From positions 64,001 through 128,000 of the IMG/VR virus record IMGVR_UViG_3300022723_000184: a DNA stretch of 64,000 bases. One strand, 5' to 3'. Below the pieces are notes generated by a model that did no database searches, was not told the DNA's origin, and saw only the letters and a list, made by a program, of their open reading frames with translations. This document shows, piece after piece, positions 45,796-55,212 of this stretch. Both the position numbers and the translations under genes were made by a program. The DNA is from a virus (lineage: Duplodnaviria; Caudoviricetes). Each line of letters opens with the position of its first letter. Positions within the stretch are counted from its first letter, which is position 1.

Positions 45796-47634
45796 ATGGC
45801 CCGCAATCTACCGGCAGGCGGCACTACCCGGATCAACTTCGGTAACCCCACGTCGCTTGACATTACTGGTGACCAGCTCACCATGATGTTCTGGGTGAAG
45901 CGTGCGTCGAGCAGTACGAACCGGTTCATGGCGTTGGCCAAACGCAACAATTCCGGTGACAACGCTTACGACTTCAAATGGCAGCCGACACCTAACGGAA
46001 ACACTCTGCGGTTTTGCCTGGATACAGGTAGCGGTATCGTCTGTCATAACAGCAGCGCAGCTCATACTGAGACCGGCAGCTGGCACCACGTGGCCGCTAC
46101 GTACGACGGCAGCAACAAACGCATGTACTTCGACGGGGTCGAAGATGCGAACACCCCAGCTGAGTCGGGCAATATTATTTCGGTCGCTGAGCCCCTTCTG
46201 CTCGGGGCCAACGACGACACATCACCGGGCGACGAATCCGACGGCGATTACGCCGAAGTCGCCGTGTGGGCAGCACGGTTGACTGCAGCCGAGATTGCAG
46301 CGATCGCCTCTGGTGCCGTTGCTCCGTGGCAAGTCCGCTACAGCGATCTTCGCGGCTACTGGCCGTTATGGGGCACACACGCAACCGAGATTGATCTGTC
46401 GCCGCACCAAAACGGCGGTACGCTCGTCGGAAGCCCCGCCCGTGCCACCCACGCCCCTGTAGCCCCGTTCCAGTCGTTGCGGCACATGTTCAACCTGGAG
46501 GTTGAAAGCCTATTCACCGTCGAACAGAGCAAGGCGACATCGACCGGGACGAATGACGCAGCAATCACCGCCACGCTGGACAGCAGTCCGACTGTCGGCA
46601 ACGTACTGGTCGCAATTTGGGCAAATCGCGGCAACAACGCTGCGGGCTATCCGACGATGCCTGCAGGTTGGGAACGGATGGCTTTGGTTCGCGGCGAGCC
46701 GAACATTGCGATGTTCGTCAAGGAAGTCGAAGCCGGCGAGGCGACCGGCGTCACTGTGACGCACGAGAGCGGTACCGACCGCCAGTGCCTGCAGGTGCTG
46801 GAGATCTCGGGGGCCGATATTCAGAGTATTCGGGCCGCCGCTGCCGACAGTGCTCCGCCGTCCGCGTCGGTAACCTCGAAGACCGCGGGCACGGCGACGG
46901 ATGCACGTATCGCGGCCAAGGTATTTGCCGTAGCAGGTATGGCCATTCGCGATACACCAGGGACCTCCGGCGGTTGGACCAACGGATTCTCCGAGGTGGC
47001 TCAGGTCGGCGACGGTAGTTCGCAGGTGCATCTGGCCGTATCGACGTCGGAGGTACCGTCAGGGACCATCGAGACCACCCGGTCGTGGGCGACGGCTCGG
47101 AACGCCGTGGGGGCACTGCTCCTCATTCGCGAGGCCCAGACACGTAGCGGCGTCCAGAGTCGCCTGCTACCACGACAGTTCCTCGACTTCGGGTCGTCGC
47201 TCAACGCCATGGCCAACGGGGCGGCAGCGGGTTGTGCAGCAATCGATAACACGTCTGATGCGGCACAGCAGGCGTACATCGGCGGCAAGCTGCAAGTCGG
47301 TACGTCGCCGACCGACAATGCACAGATCCGGCTGTATGCCGTTGGCTCCAACGATAACGCGTTTTGGGATGACAACTACAGCGGGGCGTCGGGCAGCCAC
47401 ACACTTACAGCGAACGCAAGACAACTGAAAACACTTCTTGTCGACAGCACTACTGATAAGATCTACGAGTTCGGGGGTATCGATCTGGCCAAGGCCTTCG
47501 GTGGTCGTGTGCCGCGATACTGGGCGATCATCGTCGAGAACCGGACGGGGCAGGCGTTTGAATCGCTGGCCGCGGCAGACGTCAGGGACGGCTTCGAGCT
47601 GCATTACCAGCCGGTCGTTCGACAGCGGAACTAA
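45796..47634 (+). CDS. three-domain receptor-binding-like protein: LamG + beta domain + domain duplicated in 47652-48125 (612 aa)
   Basis: WHHVAATYDG..KRMYFDG and GDYAEVAVW...LTA.EI; C-terminal WDDNYSG...YEFGGI..A.AFGG..PRYWA.IVEN. Confidence 0.7.
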   Translation: MARNLPAGGTTRINFGNPTSLDITGDQLTMMFWVKRASSSTNRFMALAKRNNSGDNAYDFKWQPTPNGNTLRFCLDTGSGIVCHNSSAAHTETGSWHHVAATYDGSNKRMYFDGVEDANTPAESGNIISVAEPLLLGANDDTSPGDESDGDYAEVAVWAARLTAAEIAAIASGAVAPWQVRYSDLRGYWPLWGTHATEIDLSPHQNGGTLVGSPARATHAPVAPFQSLRHMFNLEVESLFTVEQSKATSTGTNDAAITATLDSSPTVGNVLVAIWANRGNNAAGYPTMPAGWERMALVRGEPNIAMFVKEVEAGEATGVTVTHESGTDRQCLQVLEISGADIQSIRAAAADSAPPSASVTSKTAGTATDARIAAKVFAVAGMAIRDTPGTSGGWTNGFSEVAQVGDGSSQVHLAVSTSEVPSGTIETTRSWATARNAVGALLLIREAQTRSGVQSRLLPRQFLDFGSSLNAMANGAAAGCAAIDNTSDAAQQAYIGGKLQVGTSPTDNAQIRLYAVGSNDNAFWDDNYSGASGSHTLTANARQLKTLLVDSTTDKIYEFGGIDLAKAFGGRVPRYWAIIVENRTGQAFESLAAADVRDGFELHYQPVVRQRN

Positions 47635-47651
47635 GCACGGAGGCTACCCAC

Positions 47652-48125
47652 ATGACCACTATCAACTTGGATTACGGGACGGAGGTCGAACACGCGATCA
47701 CGCTGGCCAGCCTGGCGAACAACGGCGCTCGCGGCGGCGATTCGATCGACAACAGCAGCGACCAGAACATCGACGCACAGCTGGGCGGCGTGATCCGGAC
47801 CGGTGCCGTGGCGCCGACGGCCGACAGCCCGATCAACATCTACGTGGTCGGGTCAAACGACGACGTGCTGTGGGACGACAACTACAGCGGCAGCGATGCG
47901 GACCACACGCTCGGAGGTAATGCGAAGCTCGTCCACACAATCCGGGTCGATACGACCACGGGCAAGGACTACGAGTTTGGCGGGATCAGCGTGGCCCAGG
48001 CCTTCGGCGGCGTGCTGCCTCGATACTGGGCGGTGATCGTCGAGAACCTGACCGGACAGACCTTGGACACGACCGGCTCGAACTTCGAGATCAATCACGT
48101 CCCGGTGAACTTTCAGCAGAACTAA
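47652..48125 (+). CDS. small beta-sandwich protein, paralogue of the C-terminal domain of 45796-47634 (157 aa)
   Basis: GGAGG RBS; alignment by eye. Confidence 0.7.
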   Translation: MTTINLDYGTEVEHAITLASLANNGARGGDSIDNSSDQNIDAQLGGVIRTGAVAPTADSPINIYVVGSNDDVLWDDNYSGSDADHTLGGNAKLVHTIRVDTTTGKDYEFGGISVAQAFGGVLPRYWAVIVENLTGQTLDTTGSNFEINHVPVNFQQN

Positions 48126-48128
48126 CCA

Positions 48129-51100
48129 GTGGCTACGTACGACCGTCATTACGGCCGTGTGAAGCCACCGCTTCACGCGAAGATCGACTGGGCTCATCCG
48201 CTTGCGGACAAGCTCACGAACATGTGGTCGTTCCGCGAAGGCGCCGGCAGCATCATCCACAACGACGTGCCCAACGGCCTTGAGGGCATGGTCAACACCC
48301 TGACCACGGGCTTCTGGAAGGAAGCGGCTCCTGGCGAGGAGGCCTACCAACACGGCGTGGGTAGGGCGGTGTTCATTGACGCCATTGCCCAACGGATAGA
48401 GCTTGACGATACGGCCATCGTCATCAACGAGGACGATCCGTTTACGGTCTCCGCTCTCTGCCGACCGGACACTGAGCACCCAACGTTTGCTGGCCTGTTG
48501 GCGTTGCGGACTGACACCAGCAACATGTTGGAGATTTTTGCGTCGAGGTCTAGTAGTTACACCCACTTCTCTTTTGGTATCTCGGGCGTCATCGTTCGCC
48601 GGGATGGGCTGCCCGCTGCCAGCGAAGACAACAAATGGAAGCGAATTACGATCACTTACACGGGCGGCGGTTTTGGCGACTCCAACCACTGGCGGATGTA
48701 CCTCGATTCCGAGGAGATTGCCCACGTCAGCAGCAGCGGGTACTCGAACCGTTCCGAGCAGAACCGCATTGGTAGCGTGGGCAGTGATTCGCGTCAATGG
48801 GACGGCGACATCGCGGAAGTTCGGACCTATGCCCGAGAGCTGACGCCCGCCGACGTGCGGGAGATGACGATCAACCCATACGGCATCTACCTGATGTCGC
48901 CGATCGTCTTGGGCTTCTCGCCGCTGGAGGCCGGCGAGGCCGCGGAAGGCACGGGCCGAGGGCACCTCGAAGCCTCGTCGACCAAGACCGCGATCAGCGA
49001 CCCGGCTGAGGGTACGGGCCGGGGTACGGCAGAAGCCGTTTCGACAAAGAACGTTGAGGTTAATGCTGAGACCACAGGCCAAGGTACGACCCAGGCCTTC
49101 GGCCCCAAAATCCGCCTGGCTTCTGCCGAGGTCACGTCGCAGGGCACGGCCCAGGCGTCCGGGTTCCGTGCGGCGTTCCCCGAGGGTACTGGCCGCGGCC
49201 ACATCGAGACGGTGAGCGTCAAGCAGGTCGAGGGCAACGCTGCGGCGTCGGCCCAGGCCACGGGCGAGGCGATCTCGGTCAAGAACGTGGTGGCCGACGG
49301 CCAGGCGACGGCTCAGGCCACGGCCGAGAGCAGCTCAGTCAAACAGGTTACGGCTCAGGTCGAGGTCGCGGCTCAGGGTGCGGCCGACGCCCAAAGCATC
49401 TTCAGCGTCTCGGCCTCGGTCGAGGTCACGGCCCAGGGCCACGGCGAAGCCGTGATGTTCGTCGTGGCCAACGCCCGCCTCGCTGGCGCCCAAGGCCACA
49501 TTGAGGCGGTAAGCACCAAGACCGCGGTCTCGGTTGGGGTCGAGGTCACGGCCCAGGGCCACGGCGAAGCGTCCGGCGAGGCCATCTCGGTCTCGACCGT
49601 CAAGGTCTCGGCCCAGGCCCACATCTCGGCTACGTCCTCGTCGTACCAGCTCAGCCCGACCGGACGTAAACCGATCGGTCCCGACCAACCACCGCACGGT
49701 GCCAACTCGAACTACCCGTTCGTCAAGCTGTCGACCGACATCCAGAAGATGTTGGGTGATTTCTACCTGAGCTACGACGACCCGGACTGCGAGTACGCCC
49801 TGCCCTTCCGCATCGCGTGGATGGCCGGCTTTGGCAGCCTCGACGTCCCGGAGCCCCCCGGCTTCCCGACCAAGGTCCATAAGAAAGACTTGCTGGTGGT
49901 GGATGCCAACGACAAGGTGGTCTTCGACAGCACCAAGGCCATCGACTACGTCGAGATCCCGTGGGCCGGCCGCCTCGAATCGATCGAGTGGACGACCAAC
50001 AACAAGATCTGCCGGGTCACCCGCCACACGGCGTTCAAGCCCGGCGACACGCCGATCTTCTACGACACGTTCATCACTCCCGAGAACGGGCAGCTCGACG
50101 AGCGGACGTACCGCGCCAACCCGCGGCGGGTCACCTCGTTCAAGGTCGGCCTGGTGACGGTGAAGGCCGAGAACGTGATCTGGGACGAGGGTTTCAACCT
50201 GAGCATGACGCCGCAGGACCCGGTTTCCGCCGAGGGCGGGCGCCGCGTGCAGCCGATCGTGTTCACGGCCCGGCCCGGTGACGGCATCGGGCGTGTCCCG
50301 GCCTGCGAGGACGTCGACCCGCTGGTCCGCCGGATCAACAACATTCAGCCGGACGGGGCCGGCAACTTCGTGCTCGACACCTCTGGCTGCTACCGCATTC
50401 AGCGACCGACGCAGCTGGTCAACGACCGGCCGCGGACCGTGGAGCTTGGGCACCCGGACCTGACGGCCGAGCAGGCGGCTGCCGCCATCCAGGTGTTCAA
50501 CGATTGCGGCCCGTGCTGCGAGTGCGACGACTTCGTCAACACGTACGAGGGTGTGCGTCGCCTGGAGAACCGGTACTTCGGCCTGGGCCAGCGTGCCGAG
50601 GCGGCCCGGGACCAGTACGCTCTGAACTTGGCACGGTGGAACGCCGGCCGCGACTGTCGGATCAACAACCCGTTTCGCCTGGTCGTGCAGCAGGAGTACG
50701 GGTGCACGGTGGCCCTGGGCCTCAACCACTGCAACCTGACCGAGGGCTGCATCCGGCCGCTGTACATCCGCCTGACGCTGCAGGTGTACAAGGACGGGGT
50801 GATCGACCCGAGCGTTACGGCCACGACCTTCGTCTGCCCGGAGACCGTCCGCAACGGTACGGACACCGGGTACGAGGACGACGTCTACGAGATGGCCGGG
50901 ACCTACCCGGTGTTCGACACCAAGTTCGGCCTCGCCGACCCGCAGCAGCCGGCCAAGCTCCGGACTCGACTCAAGTTTTCGGGCTGCGACAATGGGCACG
51001 CCCTGAAAATCACGATGAGCGCCCACTACGAGGACGTGCTCAAGGACGATGGGACGCCGGCCAACACCCCGCCCGTCCTCACGCCGGGCGGCGACATTGC

Positions 51101-51194
51101 GACGCTGTGGGACGGGGCGGATGACGAGCTGCCGCCGGCCCGGGCGATCGTTCAGGACACCGTGGCCCTGACACTGGAGGATCCGTGTAGGTAA
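48129..51194 (+). CDS. LamG + Ala/Ser/Thr beta-repeat stalk + Cys-rich baseplate paralogue 2 (1021 aa)
   Basis: IDW.HPLA..L...W.F.EG.G start, GDIAEVR.Y.RELT; ~20-aa (A/V)..TAQG..EA repeats at about 48940-49640; NYPF, VRRINNIQPDGAGNF, CGPCCECDDF. Confidence 0.65.
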   Translation: MATYDRHYGRVKPPLHAKIDWAHPLADKLTNMWSFREGAGSIIHNDVPNGLEGMVNTLTTGFWKEAAPGEEAYQHGVGRAVFIDAIAQRIELDDTAIVINEDDPFTVSALCRPDTEHPTFAGLLALRTDTSNMLEIFASRSSSYTHFSFGISGVIVRRDGLPAASEDNKWKRITITYTGGGFGDSNHWRMYLDSEEIAHVSSSGYSNRSEQNRIGSVGSDSRQWDGDIAEVRTYARELTPADVREMTINPYGIYLMSPIVLGFSPLEAGEAAEGTGRGHLEASSTKTAISDPAEGTGRGTAEAVSTKNVEVNAETTGQGTTQAFGPKIRLASAEVTSQGTAQASGFRAAFPEGTGRGHIETVSVKQVEGNAAASAQATGEAISVKNVVADGQATAQATAESSSVKQVTAQVEVAAQGAADAQSIFSVSASVEVTAQGHGEAVMFVVANARLAGAQGHIEAVSTKTAVSVGVEVTAQGHGEASGEAISVSTVKVSAQAHISATSSSYQLSPTGRKPIGPDQPPHGANSNYPFVKLSTDIQKMLGDFYLSYDDPDCEYALPFRIAWMAGFGSLDVPEPPGFPTKVHKKDLLVVDANDKVVFDSTKAIDYVEIPWAGRLESIEWTTNNKICRVTRHTAFKPGDTPIFYDTFITPENGQLDERTYRANPRRVTSFKVGLVTVKAENVIWDEGFNLSMTPQDPVSAEGGRRVQPIVFTARPGDGIGRVPACEDVDPLVRRINNIQPDGAGNFVLDTSGCYRIQRPTQLVNDRPRTVELGHPDLTAEQAAAAIQVFNDCGPCCECDDFVNTYEGVRRLENRYFGLGQRAEAARDQYALNLARWNAGRDCRINNPFRLVVQQEYGCTVALGLNHCNLTEGCIRPLYIRLTLQVYKDGVIDPSVTATTFVCPETVRNGTDTGYEDDVYEMAGTYPVFDTKFGLADPQQPAKLRTRLKFSGCDNGHALKITMSAHYEDVLKDDGTPANTPPVLTPGGDIATLWDGADDELPPARAIVQDTVALTLEDPCR

Positions 51195-51199
51195 GTCGT

Positions 51200-52819
51200 A
51201 TGGCGGTAAGAAATAACCACTGGTACAACGCCAACGAGACTCGCAGCTACCCGCTGGACGAGTCGTCCACGTTGCGCTCCGACCAGGGCGACCTGCTGCC
51301 GAGCGACATCATCACGGACATTAACCTCCGCTACCCCGGCATTTACGGGGACTACCCGTTCCTGGCCAGCGTCGGGATCACCGAGAACCTGGTCAGCCTG
51401 ACGATCCAGGCGGCCACCGCGCCGACCGGAGGACCCGGGCTCAACCCGCTGGCCGTGTTCAGCTTGGCCAAGGACGACCTCGTCGAGGGTCGCCCCTACG
51501 CCCTGGAAGGGCAGGTGGACGGCGCCGGCGGCTGGATCGTCTTCGGGTCGGGCATCCAGGAGCCGTTCACCGGACGCTTCTCCGGGCCCGCACAGGCCCT
51601 CCTGGCCCCGAGGGCGGCCAGGGCCTACAGCACCCTCCCCCTGACCTCCCTGGCCAAGCTGGGCAACCAGCAGGCCCTGACCGGCGTCGTGCAGCTGCTG
51701 GCCGAGGACCCCCTCCAGATCGTCCGTGAGAGCCGGGAGATCGACGGGGTGGAGCGGGACGTGATTGTCCTTCGCCTCTACCAGGCGGGCAACGTGACCG
51801 TGGACGGCCGCGAGGTCAACGTGTTCCAGGCCCTCGGTGGGCCGTGCGTCGGCCGCCCTGAGAGCCAGACGTGCGGCGACCCCACGCCCATCGAGTTCAT
51901 CAACACGGTGGGCCCGGACTGCGACGGAAACCTGACCCTGGTCTTCCAGGGCTGCGCCGAGATCGCCAAGATCATCGACGAGTGCGGGATCGTGATCGAC
52001 TGCGACCAGGGCCTGACCGAGGCCTGCGTGCCCAAACGGCTGCCGGGCGCCGACGGCACCCTGCCCAATGAGTACCCGGACCTCTGCTTCTTCTCCGAGA
52101 GCCCGGAGCCCGAGGAGTCAGAGAGCCCGGAGCCCGAGGAATCGATCAGCGACATTTCTGAGTCACCGGTCGTGGTCGGCGAGCTGCCGTTCATCGAGTG
52201 CTTCGTCCCCGGCGACCTGAGCGCCGGCTGGGATACGAAGGAGGGGCTGTTCGCGTTCATCGACGACAACAGCCCGGACATCTCGATCAGCTGCGAGGCG
52301 GACACCGGTCAGAGCTACGCGTCGCTCGACACGGCGAAAGAGAACATCGCGATCTGGGAGGGCTTCGACGACTCCACGGTCAACCGAGTGGTGACCACGG
52401 ACTTCAAGATGACGATTGGCCCCACCGGCTCGAAGCAGAACGCCGGCGTCATCTTGAACTACCGTCCCGACCTGGCGCTGCAAGGGGCCAACGAATACTT
52501 CTTGGTCCGGGCCGACTACGACACGCAGCGGTTCGAGATCGTTCGGTTCGACGGCTCGTCACTCGTCTTGACCAGCGCCTTCGTCTTCCTCCCAGGCCTC
52601 AAGCTCGACGCTTGGTACCGGATTGTGGCCACGGTCACGATGTCCGGGTCCAAGGTCCTGATCTCGGCCACGATCGAGTCGTTGGACGACAGCAGCCTGT
52701 TCGCTTCGATCGGGCCGATCACTTCCACCCTCTACCTGCCGGACACCGGGTACATGGGGATCTATGCTGACCACGCGCTCAGCCGGTTCTCGTGGTTCGA
52801 GATCAAGGAGGCTCCCTGA
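51200..52819 (+). CDS. Cys-rich baseplate/fibre paralogue 3 with C-terminal lectin-like domain (539 aa)
   Basis: WYNANETRSYPL, IEFINTVGPDCDGNL, SESPEPEES linker, C-terminal jelly-roll (WYRI...V...G). Confidence 0.6.
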   Translation: MAVRNNHWYNANETRSYPLDESSTLRSDQGDLLPSDIITDINLRYPGIYGDYPFLASVGITENLVSLTIQAATAPTGGPGLNPLAVFSLAKDDLVEGRPYALEGQVDGAGGWIVFGSGIQEPFTGRFSGPAQALLAPRAARAYSTLPLTSLAKLGNQQALTGVVQLLAEDPLQIVRESREIDGVERDVIVLRLYQAGNVTVDGREVNVFQALGGPCVGRPESQTCGDPTPIEFINTVGPDCDGNLTLVFQGCAEIAKIIDECGIVIDCDQGLTEACVPKRLPGADGTLPNEYPDLCFFSESPEPEESESPEPEESISDISESPVVVGELPFIECFVPGDLSAGWDTKEGLFAFIDDNSPDISISCEADTGQSYASLDTAKENIAIWEGFDDSTVNRVVTTDFKMTIGPTGSKQNAGVILNYRPDLALQGANEYFLVRADYDTQRFEIVRFDGSSLVLTSAFVFLPGLKLDAWYRIVATVTMSGSKVLISATIESLDDSSLFASIGPITSTLYLPDTGYMGIYADHALSRFSWFEIKEAP

Positions 52820-53646
52820 TGGCTAAGCGGATCCTCCACCCCGAGTGGCGGGACGAATACGAGACGACCAAGTATCCGTTCGGCGCCGGCGCGACGCTGA
52901 CCAACGGGGTCGACGTGTTCATCGAGGGTCTGTTCCTGGACGCCGTCGTCTACCCGATCGGCGGCCAGGCCCGCATGTACATCTCGAAGGTCAACGTCAC
53001 CCACAACCGCGTGACGCTGACCATCGGCGACCCGTTCAACGCGAACCTGGCTACCGGGTCGTTCGACCTCATCAACCCGCCCGACCGCTTCAAACTGGAA
53101 GACCAGTACGGCAGGCCGGCGGGCATCTTCATCTCTGAGACCCTACGGCTATCGACGTTCCAGAGCTGGGCGGTCGGCGATCACCTGTTCAGCGTGGACC
53201 AGTCGGAGCTGGCGGCCACGGTCTGCGTGCCGACGCCGGAGGTCGGTGTGCGGGGCATCCAGCTGGCCGACGGCAGCCTGTTCACGGGCGACGTCTACCT
53301 GGTGGGCGACGACGGCGTGGTGCTGAGCACCGAGGAGATCGAGGAGCCGACACCGTGCGGCCAGCCCAACCGACTGGTCACCGCGATCCGCGTGGATCTG
53401 GTGGGCGACCCGTTGTTCCGCAGGCGACTGTGTCAGGGCAACAACCTGTTCGCCACGCCCAGGTTCATCAAGACGATCACGTTCGACGACGGCAAGCAGC
53501 AGGTGACCTGTTCGCCCGACCAGGTGGGCGACGTGAAGGTGACGCCGAACAATGATCTGGCCGAGGACACCGTGCTCCGGATCAAGGCGACGGAGGACGG
53601 TATCGTGGTCAGGGCCGAGGGCACGACGCTCTCCGGCGTGAGGTAA
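52819..53646 (+). CDS. baseplate/fibre paralogue 4 (275 aa)
   Basis: TGATG coupling; WRDEYETTKYPF; G..GDV.LV.DDGV.L. Confidence 0.6.
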   Translation: MAKRILHPEWRDEYETTKYPFGAGATLTNGVDVFIEGLFLDAVVYPIGGQARMYISKVNVTHNRVTLTIGDPFNANLATGSFDLINPPDRFKLEDQYGRPAGIFISETLRLSTFQSWAVGDHLFSVDQSELAATVCVPTPEVGVRGIQLADGSLFTGDVYLVGDDGVVLSTEEIEEPTPCGQPNRLVTAIRVDLVGDPLFRRRLCQGNNLFATPRFIKTITFDDGKQQVTCSPDQVGDVKVTPNNDLAEDTVLRIKATEDGIVVRAEGTTLSGVR

Positions 53647-53650
53647 CTGC

Positions 53651-54196
53651 ATGAAGCACTGTACTAAATGCAACAAAAGGAAAAGCAACAAGGCTTTTTC
53701 GTCGGACGCGTCTAAAGGTGACGGGCTGTATCCTTACTGCCTTGAGTGCCAGAGAGCGTATCACCGAACCAGAAGGAAGCGAAGAAAGCACGCGGTGTCT
53801 GTGGCAGAAAAAACCTGCGCCAAATGCTCTCAAGAGAAAATAGCGTCCGAGTTCTCGACCAATCCGACCAACAAGGACGGGCTACACGCGTACTGTCACA
53901 CGTGTGCGGCAGAAACACGCCGGCGGCGTTACCTAGAACACTCGGACTACTACAAGTCTTTAGCAGCTAAACGAAGAGCCATACGTAGAGGTGCTCGGGT
54001 CGAGACCAATATAAGTCGAAAAGAAATCTGGGAACGTGACGGTGGTATTTGTCAGCTGTGCTTTAGTCCGGTGCTGTTTGAAGATATGCACCTAGATCAC
54101 AAGGTGCCTTTGTCTCGCGGCGGCTCGCACTCGAAAAAGAATACTCAGGTGGCTCATTCCAGATGTAACTTGAGAAAGCACGCTAAGGTTTTCTAG
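53651..54196 (+). CDS. free-standing HNH endonuclease with two zinc-finger repeats (181 aa)
   Basis: Two C..C...K....F.......DGL..YC..C units, then CQLC...HLDHKVPLSRGG....N.Q.AH..CN..K; AT-richer. Confidence 0.9.
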   Translation: MKHCTKCNKRKSNKAFSSDASKGDGLYPYCLECQRAYHRTRRKRRKHAVSVAEKTCAKCSQEKIASEFSTNPTNKDGLHAYCHTCAAETRRRRYLEHSDYYKSLAAKRRAIRRGARVETNISRKEIWERDGGICQLCFSPVLFEDMHLDHKVPLSRGGSHSKKNTQVAHSRCNLRKHAKVF

Positions 54197-55212
54197 TGGG
54201 AAAAGTAGACTTCTACAACGACAACGCCAACCGGGCCTACCCGTTCGTTACGGGTACGGTGCACAGCCGTCCGCCCGGCGTGCCGCTCACGGTCAAGGAC
54301 CTGCCCAACGGGCTGATCGTTGACGCCGGCTTCCTCATGGGCCTGCAGTCAGGTTACGACGCGGAGCTGCACGAGGTGTACCTGCACGAGATCCGTCGGC
54401 AGGGCACCACCTTCTTCATTGAGTTCCGATCGACGGCACCCGGCCTCTTCGAGAGGCCGCTGATCTTCACCCGGGAGATCGGCGACAACACGTACGCCGT
54501 GGAATACGTCGACAACTTCCAGGAGCCGGTGTCCAGCGAGTCGGCGTCGTCCTCGTTCTCCGCCTCGGGCAGCGAGGGACCGTGCCCGCCCGAGCCCTTG
54601 TGGTCCGGGTTCCTGGTGACCGGCAAGCTCTCGGCCTTCGAGACGGCGTTGCCCGCGGACGACGAGATCACCCGGACCGACGATGACGACGGCCTGCTGG
54701 AGCCGGCCCTGATCCAGAGCATGGTGGTCGGGTACATCGATTCGCTGAACGTGGCGAACAACGACCGGACCCGGGTCACGGCGCCTGAAGACTGCCCGCC
54801 CGTGGTCTGGGACTACCCAACGGACATCGTGTACGTCCGAGATACTTGCATCCGAGGCGACGTCCGGCTGCGGCCCGGATTCAACACGATCATCGTTCAG
54901 AATCAGTTCGAGAACTCACTGACCATCACGCCGTCGGTCGGGGCCGGTGCCGGCCAGCCCTGCGAGTCGGTGCCCTTGTTCAACGGCGAGATGCCGCCCG
55001 ACGACAGCATCCTGCTTGAAGGCGGGCCGACGTGCGGCGACGTGCTACGATCGATCAACGGCAAGAGCGGCCGGGTCATTGAGTTCTTGGCCGAGCAGGG
55101 CGTGACGATCTCGCCCGACCCAGAAAACCACAGGCTTACGATCAACGTCGACATGACGGGCCTGGCCCTGTGCTACGAGTCCGACGTGTCCCAGGTGTCT
55201 GAGCAACTGTAA
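54196..55212 (+). CDS. baseplate/fibre paralogue 5 (338 aa)
   Basis: FYNDNANRAYPF, GDVRL..GFN, LRSING. Confidence 0.6.
   Translation: MGKVDFYNDNANRAYPFVTGTVHSRPPGVPLTVKDLPNGLIVDAGFLMGLQSGYDAELHEVYLHEIRRQGTTFFIEFRSTAPGLFERPLIFTREIGDNTYAVEYVDNFQEPVSSESASSSFSASGSEGPCPPEPLWSGFLVTGKLSAFETALPADDEITRTDDDDGLLEPALIQSMVVGYIDSLNVANNDRTRVTAPEDCPPVVWDYPTDIVYVRDTCIRGDVRLRPGFNTIIVQNQFENSLTITPSVGAGAGQPCESVPLFNGEMPPDDSILLEGGPTCGDVLRSINGKSGRVIEFLAEQGVTISPDPENHRLTINVDMTGLALCYESDVSQVSEQL

Noticed and set aside
47170-48125. Possible DGR template/variable repeat pairs (also the DWAVNA repeats at 11860, 12350, 16890 and the repeats in 9504-10937)
   Set aside because: Mismatches involve all bases, mostly at synonymous positions, not only adenines; no reverse transcriptase in the window.
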